A DNA stretch of 51,818 nucleotides, the filler included, from Circinaria calcarea (taxonomy: Eukaryota): assembly GCA_051942165.1 (NCBI GenBank). It is 2 parts of 2 records of this genome, joined end to end, with 100 filler letters (N's around TTAATTAATTAA, not from the genome) between each part and the next. Parts side by side here need not be neighbours in the genome. Positions count along the whole stretch, not along the records: positions 25,997 to 51,818 come from JAVECS010000089.1; 1 more part is not named here. One strand, 5' to 3'. Position numbers and translations under genes: made by a program. Numbering within the stretch: the first letter of the stretch is position 1; every line of letters begins with the position of its first letter. The notes below the pieces were generated by a model that did not search any database, was not told the origin of the DNA, and was given only the letters and a program-made list of their open reading frames with translations. Positions 50,471 through 51,818 of this stretch are shown one piece after another.

Positions 50471-51818
50471 GGATAAGAGAGACGTGGACGTGGGGACCCT
50501 ATCTTGAAGAATGTTCATCAGTAAGTCACTGTCATGGAGGATAAAGGCTCCTTCCATAGCTGTTAGAGGATGAGAGTTGGCTATATACCCTTGCCTTCGG
50601 GCAGTACGTAGATGAAAATTCAACTTTCAAAATACAATTTTTGGTGCACGATGCACTAGCGTGATTCTTATCTTTACAAACGAAGCGCTTATCCTATGTG
50701 TAATTGCGTAAACCGCTCGCCTCTGCGTGAATAATCTCTATTTCTCTCGTGTTTGCGTCACGTGCTCAGCCCGATCATCGACGTGTTGGAGTAGGTATGA
50801 TATATAGGTAATAGTGATTACATTGCATCGGATCTATTCCTTCCTTACAGGAATTAAGGCTGCATTGATATAACAGAATATATCTAGCAGAATATAGAAT
50901 GATTTGGGCAATATCAATAAGCACGTCGTAAATAAAGGGGTTCTCTTAACCCCCTTGGTTTAAACGCCTCCCTTTCCACCTTCTATACCAGGCACGACCC
51001 TATGCATTAAACATATTTATCCCCTACCACAGCCATGCTATATGTCCCTAGATCTATCGTAGCCATGGGAGGATGGTTGCTCCCTAAGCTGAAAATTGCA
51101 AACTGATGGTCCCCGGTTTCAAATTATTAATATCGTTTCCGTTATCGAGACTGGCGTTAAATATCGATCTTGAGGGCCTACGGAGCCTAGGGTATAGATA
51201 TTAAGTCCGGTAATCCCAACGGTCCAAAACTTAAAGGTTTATAGAATTTCCCATCATTTATTCGCTTTCTCCTTTTAAGCTTGGTGATGTATAGGAAAAT
51301 GCCCCTCGAGCCTGGACTCTGGAGGGGAATAGCTATACGTGCGTACTTTCTAGGCTTCTTAAAATATTTTCCTGGTTTTTGTAGAAAGAAATTCATTTTA
51401 GGCGTCGCCTTGGACGAATAGTCCGGCATGGAGCATACATACGAGTATAGTGGATGTGAGGATGTGCAGTAGGTAATAGCATTAAGTGTATATAATGGAA
51501 CCTGGAACTAATGCAAAGCATGTCGCCTCTTACATATGCCGTCCATCCGCAGGATTACGATCCCGTCTCCGAGCAGTTTCCTACCCCCCGGAGTGGTTGT
51601 CAAATTCTCTGGTAACTTTAATGTTTGACTTTCGGAACACCAGGCACGCACGCCCTCCTTGATATGACGATTGTCGGACCATGTCTTGCTAGGGACCGCC
51701 GGCTGCGCGATCCTCATTCAGTTGCAAATGGTCGCTCCATACTCGAGAGTTAATAATCTGGCTGTAAAGGCTTAAAGACCTCGCTTCGACCTAGCTTCCA
51801 ACTGCTTGGTAAATGAAA

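Noticed and set aside
51187..51429. 80-aa Lys-rich minus-strand ORF in AT-rich DNA (possible RIP-type relic)
   Set aside because: No recognisable transposon or protein motif; it cannot be distinguished from chance.

Overview
Intron-rich genomic DNA from a filamentous ascomycete (Pezizomycotina): GT-AG introns of about 50 nt with CTRAY branch points and fungal-type orthologs. Positions 1-42100 carry mostly conserved genes: a GMC oxidoreductase, the Mss4 PI4P 5-kinase, Eco1, an NPF/proline-rich protein, Cft2/CPSF100, secreted S10 and S53 peptidases, mitochondrial release factor Mrf1, a YwrD-type gamma-glutamyltransferase, the Slt2/MpkA MAP kinase and an FHA protein. They also include a candidate GATA-regulated nitrogen-scavenging trio (peroxisomal copper amine oxidase, APC permease, HP0310/PuuE-like amidohydrolase). 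An artificial 100-nt scaffold linker lies at 25897-25996. From about 42.7 kb the window looks like an accessory, effector-type region. Its most striking locus (about 44.1-45.2 kb) has a secreted cationic 6-Cys peptide followed 24 nt later by a second, non-secreted ORF. An abutting AG|GTAAGT splice site in the 5' UTR could let alternative donor choice switch one transcript between the two proteins, which makes it a candidate toxin/immunity switch. Next to it lie a secreted protein with a Zn-deaminase-like HxE...PxC-x6-C signature and an F-box/LRR-like gene. Other oddities: a probable GA-AG intron plus a 2-nt microexon, three GC-AG introns, and a structured tRNA-like element. All gene models were inferred by eye and no database searches were run.
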